Part shown: positions 58,219-64,000 of the stretch, piece after piece
Numbering within the stretch: position 1 is the first letter of the stretch
Layout: each line of letters starts with the position of its first letter
DNA from: Azolla caroliniana
Taxonomy: Eukaryota > Plantae > Polypodiophyta
Direction: 5' to 3'
NCBI GenBank assembly: GCA_043228905.1
Contig: JBHGNT010000012.1
Coordinates: 19,840,001 to 19,904,000 of the forward strand
Length of the DNA: 64,000 nt
Position numbers and translations under genes: made by a program
The notes under the pieces: model-generated
Seen by the model: the letters and a program-made list of their open reading frames with translations, nothing else
What the model was told of the DNA's origin: nothing
Databases searched by the model: none

Positions 58219-60931
58219 TGTCAGGAATAGTACTAAGCAGAGATGGAATTAGTACTAAAGAAGAGCAATACTATTAGTACTAATAGGACGGGACTGTGTA
58301 AGACTCCCGAGAGAGAGAGAGAAAGAGAGAAGCGAAAGGAGAGATAGCGAGGATGAGAGAGAGAGAGAGAGATGATGATGACAGCCAATATCTTATGTGA
58401 AGGATAAGTACAAAATGGCTAAAAGGCTTAAGACTGGCGTTGAACCAATTTGGTTCAACATAATGCCTAGTGCCCTCTTTTATAGTGTTCTCAGGAATAA
58501 TCCTGAAGCTTCTAGAATGTTCCAGAGAGATCTGGAATATACATCAATTTTCTATGATAAAACATAAATGAAAATAATATCCTACGTATTACAATTCATA
58601 GTCTAATGGTAAGATCTCGACCCATGTAGCATAAGGTCATGGGTTCGAGTCTTGCCATATCATGACACTATCTCCCCCTTAAAGACGACGAGTGGAACGA
58701 GTCGGCGCTGATTGCGGACCGGGTTTGTTCGGATACTTTCGGTGGAAATCAGCAAGAAGATTTTGAGCATTGGCAACATGCTCGACGGGTTCCCAAGTAC
58801 GTTCGCTTGGACTATAACCGAGCCAATCGACAAAATAATAAAGTTTGTTGCGAACAAGTTTGGAATCGAGGATGGCAGCAACTTCATACTCTGGGTCGAC
58901 GTCCAACTCCAGCGGGGGCGGCGGTGGTGTAACACGAGCGGGAATGGTGTTTGCTTTATAAGGTTCAAGAAGAGAACAATGGAAAACCGGATGTATCTAA
59001 AGCTGCGGAGGGAGATCAAGGCGGAATTTGACATCATTAACCTTACCCGTAATACGGAAAGGACCGAGTCGTCAATAATCCAACTTGTCGCACAGTCGAG
59101 TAATCTTGACGTGACGACGTAAGAGCCATACTCGATCTCCGATGGCAAAAGAGGAGGGAAGCCGATGACGATCCGCGTAAGTCTTCTACGTTTGTTGAGC
59201 ATGACGAAGATGAGTCGAGAGATCTGTCTGGATCTTGCGTAGTCTCTCCAAATGATCCCCGGCACGAGGATTGGTAGGTAGCTCCGGGGTGTCGATTACC
59301 GACCAGCGAGGATGAGAACCGGTATAAGCGAAAAATGGGGAGACCCGAGTCGAGGAGTGAATAGCATTATTATACGCAAACTCCGCAAAGTGGAGAATCT
59401 CGGCCCAATCGTCCTATTGATAACTCAGGAAACACCGGAGATATTGCTCCAGTGTTTGGTTTGTTCGTTCCGCATGCCCGTCGGTCTGAGGATGGTAGTC
59501 GGAGGAGAGGTTGCAGGAGACCTTGAGCATCTTGAAGAGATGCTACCAAAATTTGGAGACAAATTGCGGTCCTCGGTCACTGATGATATTATTTGGGAGG
59601 CCATGATGCCGAAATACCTCACGCATAACAAGGGCGGCGGTTTCCTCGCTAGTGATGACTTTAGTACATGGCACAAAATGTGCCATCTTCGTATATCGAT
59701 CGACGACGGTTAGGATAGCATCAAACCCCTTTGAAACCGGCTGATCTGTGATAAAATCAAGACAAATAGAGTGCCACGGTTTACTTGGAATCGGTAAGGG
59801 TTCCAACAAGCCATATGGATGGTGTCGTGGCATCTTTGCTCGGCAGCAAGCATCACAGGTCTGAACGTAGTCGTCGACAAAACGGGGCATGTGGGGCCAC
59901 CAAAAAGATCGTTGCACTAGCTCCAACGTCTTAGTACTACCGAAATGTCCCGCCGTATGGGTGTCGTGACAATGCTGGACGATTTGAAGGCGACAGGAGC
60001 AATCGGGGACATATACGCGCTTTTTAAAGAATAACAAACCCTCATGATATTCGAATTGTTGGTAGTCAATACCTGGTTGTTGAGACTGAGAATAGGATGC
60101 CCGAGAAGTATCAATGTGCGTCAGGATGTCTTGAGCAAAACTATCCCTCTTCAAGGTTGCACGTATGTCATCGGTAATCCGTGAATCCATCGGGGTGTGA
60201 AAAATCCGCGTCGTGTGCAATCGTGTTGGTCCCAAGATTACTTGTTTTTTATTATCAAATGTTGCATCACCAGGACGAGGTGCAAGATATGACCACCGTG
60301 ATAGTGCATCTGCTTTTCCTTGCTGCTTCCCCAGTCAATATGTGATTTTGAAGTCGAAACGCGTGAGGAATTGCGCCCACCGAGCTTGCCATCGATTTAG
60401 TACATGAGCGTTCTGAAAATAAGCAAGATTTTTATGATGGCTAAAGACAATGACCTGATGTGGAGAGCCCTCTAAGAAATGCCGCCATTGCACAAATGAA
60501 TCCACGATGGCTAATAACTCTTTGTCATGTATTTCGTAGTTGATTTCTGCGACATCAAATTTGCGCGAATGGAAAGCCACCGGATGCAACTCTTCTTTAT
60601 CTCCTTGTTGAGAAAGAATGTTACCGAGGGCGAAATCTGATGCGTCGGCCTCCATGATGAATGGTTTGCTTGTATCCACATGAGCTAGAATCGGTGCTGA
60701 TGTAAAGGCTTTCTTAAGATGCCGAAAAGCCATATCTGCTTCGATGGACCAAAGAAATGCTTGGCCCTTCTTCGTAAGTTGTGTGAGAGGTAAAATAATC
60801 TTCGAGTAATCCTGTATAAACTTATGGTAGAAGTTAGCAAAACCTAGAAAACATTGTACATCTCGTACCGACCGTGGAATTTGACACTCTAGTATAGTTT
60901 GGATTTTAGCTGGATCCATGGCGATGCCTTG
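58219..60931 (-). mobile_element. Truncated Ty3/gypsy chromovirus (Tcn1-like): RT end, RNase H, integrase, chromodomain and 3' LTR 58219-58667
   Basis: MDPAKI..FLGFANFY, EADASDFA, HDTHTAGHFG..C..C, LDFITD, ISDRGPQF. Chromodomain EYEVAAILDSK..YFVDWLGYSPSERTWEP (58679-58906). PPT aagggggagatag. LTR ends tgtcagga / tcatgaca. Confidence 0.9.
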
Positions 60932-60934
60932 ACA

Positions 60935-63844
60935 CGGTCAAAGTCAAGGGGGAGGCCTACTTGCTTCTATTGCGGCAAGCCAGGAAACTTCCAAAAGAAC
61001 TGTCGGCATTTCCGAAAAGACAAGGAAACCGACGGTACCGATTCGAAGCGGACCTCGGACCGGAACGGTAAAGACTGGAGGGGGCCGGACCGGAAGGGAA
61101 CGATGGCAATCGCGGCAAGTGAAGAAGAGTTTATGCTCATCACCGAGGAGAGTGAGATAAACCTTGCCGGCGACGAGATGACCTGGGTGGTAGACTCCGG
61201 GGCGTCGTTTCACCTTACCCCGAACCGGAAATGCTTCTCATCCTACTCAGCCGGTGATCATGGCTGTGTCCGGATGGGGAATGAAGGTACATGCCGAATT
61301 GTCGGCATATGAGACGTGTGGCTGTCAACACCAATCGGATGCAAGTTGTTGCTGAAGGATGTCCGACACGTTCCGGAGGTTCGACTGAACCTGATATTAG
61401 CCTATCGGCTAGATGATGAAGGCTACACGGGTAGCATCCGGAACGGTGTCATGAAGTTCAGCAAAGGGAGCCTGATTGTGGCTCGGGCCCAGAAGGTAAA
61501 CACGTTGTACCTCATGAATGCCCGGTTATGTCCCGAGGAAGTGAACGTGGCATCCGACACTGCCGGTGAGCTGTGGCACAAGAGGCTGTGTCATATCAGC
61601 GAGAAGGGGATGAAGAGGCTTGCAGACGACAACCTCATTCCAGTGAAGAACGTGCACTTGGAGAAGTGCACTGATTGTCTGGCCGGTAAGCAAAACTGGA
61701 CCTCCTTCCGACCAAGGCCACCGATGAGACGTAATGCACCACTGGAGTTGGTGCATACGGATGTGTGTCAAGTAGACACGAAGTCACATGCCGGAGCGCA
61801 GTACTTCGTGACATTCATAGATGACCATAGCCGGAAGCTGTGGGCCACACCGTTGAAGACGAAGGATCAGGTGCTATCCGTCTTCAAAGAGCTCCACGTG
61901 AGAGTGGAAAGAGAAACCGGTCGGAAGCTGAAGGCGGTTCGAGCAGATAACGGAGAATACCGGGGGCAGTTCAAGGAGTACTGCCGCTCGAAGGGAATTC
62001 GGCTCGAATTTACCGTGCCGAAGACGCCGGAACTAAACGGGCTGGCCGAGAGGATGAACCGGACCATAATGGAGAGGGTCCGGAGTATGCTGGCGCATGC
62101 AAAACTACCCAAGAAGTTTTGGGCTGATGCACTGTCGACAGCGACATATGTGATAAACAGATCACCCTCAGTACCCTTGGACGGAGACACGCCATAGAGA
62201 GTCTAGACCGGTAAGGAAGTGTCCTACCGGCATCTAAAGGTATTCGGGTGTCTCGCGTACGTGCATGTAGCTAAGGACCGGAGAGGAAAGTTAGATCCAA
62301 AGACCCGGCCATGCATATTCCTCAGTTATGGTGACGATGAGTTCGGATACCGAGTGTGGGACCTGGTCGACAATAAGGTATTCCAGAGTCGAGATATTAT
62401 CTTCATGGAGGACAAGACGCTCGTCGACTGGGAGTCGGAGAAGAAGATAATGAACTCCGAGTCGACCGGTAAGGATCGACTCTACAATGAACAGACCCAA
62501 CCGGTAAGAGACCGGTTAGCACTCGAGGAGCCAACCGGTTACGGTGAGGATATCGAACCGGCAGAAGAAGAAGTAGAGGAAGCTGAAACCGGAACCGGCC
62601 AAGAGCCCGAATCAGATTCGGATGAAGAGCAAATAGAGGAGCCGGTTACCGAAGCCCAGAGACGGAGATATCCTCTAAGAGAGAGAAGGGCCCCCCGGAG
62701 ATTTCCGGATGCAGAGCATGTGCTGCTAACCGATGAGGGGGAGCTAGAAAGCTTCGAAGAAGCGAAGGATGACACCCACAACCGCAAATGGTTAAGTGCC
62801 ATGCAGGATGAGATGGATTCCCTGCATGAGAACCATACGTACGAACTGGTGGAGTTGCCGAAAGGAAAGAGGGCACTCCGAAACAAGTGGGTGTACAAGT
62901 TTGAAACCGGGAGATGCCGGCAACCCCCCGAGATACAAAGCAAGGATCGTGGTGAAGGGGTTTCAGCAGAAGAAGGGCGTGGACTTCGACGAGATATTTG
63001 CCCCGATAGTAAAGATGACCTCCATCCGGACGGTGCTGAGTATAGCGGCAAGCATGGACCTCGAGGTAGAGCAGCTAGACATGATAACGACATTCCTTCA
63101 CGGTGACCTCGAAGAGGAGATCTACATGTAGCAACCGGAAGGATTCGTGGAGAAAGGGAAGGAGCACCTGGTTTGCCGATTGAAGAAGAGCCTCTACGGG
63201 TTGAAGCAGGCCCCCCGGAAATGGTACCGGAAGTTCGACTCCTTCATGACCGATCAAGGGTACCACAAGACGCAGGCCGATCACTGCGTGTTTGTGAAGA
63301 AGTTAGAAGGAGGCGACTTCCTGATACTCCTTCTATACGTGGACGACATGTTGATCGTCGGACGGGACCAAGTCAAAATACAGATGTTGAAGAAGGCCCT
63401 CAACCGGACCTTCTCAATGAAAGACTTGGGTCCGGCAAGACAGATGCTGGGGATGCATATTATCCGGAACCGGTCAGCGAAGCAATTATGGTTGTCACAG
63501 GAGAAGTACGTGACAAAGGTGCTTCACCGGTTCAACATGTCAGATGCGAAACCGGTCGGATCGACACTTCCGGCAAACTGCAGGTTATCCGGTAAGCAAA
63601 GCCCGAAGACGAAAGCAGAGAAGGTGGATATGATGAAGATTTCATATGCCTCTGCTGTCGGGAGCTTAATGTACGCAATGGTTTGTACCCGACCGGATAT
63701 AGGATACGCAATCGGAGCGGTGAGCCGGTTTATGAGCAATCCCGGCAAGGAGCATTGGAACGCGGTCAAATGGATACTCCGGTACTTGAAGGACACTTCA
63801 AATATGTGTCTCCGATTCGGCTCCGGAAAACCTCAACTTGACGG
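60935..63844 (+). mobile_element. Ty1/copia element B gag-pol pseudogene
   Basis: CFYCGKPGNFQKNC, WVVDSGASFH, LWHKRLCH, LELVHTDVC, RADN, NGLAERMNRT, YKARIVVKG, LKKSLYGLKQAPR, LYVDDMLI. Several stops and a frameshift. Confidence 0.93.
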
Positions 63845-64000
63845 TGTCGTGCCCTTCGGCTCCGGATCGTTGCGTGAGTCGGGTGGGAACCGCCGAGGTT
63901 TTTGACTAGGAGGAAGAGGAATACAACTTAAGGCTAGTTATGAATAGTGGAAAGAGAAGTAAGATAGCAATCTCGTGAATCTCACGAGTTTAGTGTAATT
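63845..64000 (-). mobile_element. Third LTR of the tgtcgt-terminus family, inserted in Copia B and running off the window
   Basis: tgtcgtgcccttcggctccggatcgttgcgtgagtcgggtgggaacc is nearly identical to 12648 onward. Preceded by ACGG. Confidence 0.9.

Noticed and set aside
58599-58660. Functional tRNA gene (also 6716-6776)
   Set aside because: Only A/B boxes and a T-arm-like stem are evident, with no convincing acceptor or anticodon stems. Reported as a tRNA-like promoter instead.

Overview
Eukaryotic, AT-rich land-plant DNA, most likely a bryophyte (inferred from spliceosomal introns, an AP2/ERF gene, a Tcn1-like chromovirus and Sola-like transposases). The left half (1-~33.1 kb) is a four-level transposon nest. 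An outer Sola2-type DNA transposon carries a decayed DDD transposase and divergent cargo with RING-like and FCP1/NIF-like domains. Inside it sits a second TIR transposon (2539-25580, 36-bp TIRs, CTTA target duplication). That inner element encodes a Sola-like transposase and, divergently, an intron-containing gene fusing a ParB/Srx-like domain to a bacterial-type beta-class N4C/N6A DNA methyltransferase. This gene is interrupted by a gag-only LTR element and by a young Ty3/gypsy element with a 907-aa extra ORF, which itself holds a solo LTR. Both DNA transposons carry arrays of short palindromes. The only clear host gene is a DREB/ERF-type AP2 factor (40847-41845, minus strand) with a distal ABRE/GCC/DRE cluster. 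After it come a MITE, LINE relics and a second nest of Copia and chromovirus elements. The top candidate new system is the methyltransferase-carrying Sola-like transposon, which is a pseudogene in this copy. tRNA-like Pol III boxes in the LTRs of two families and CpG-centred LTR targeting are further leads. All family assignments come from reading motifs by eye, not from database searches.
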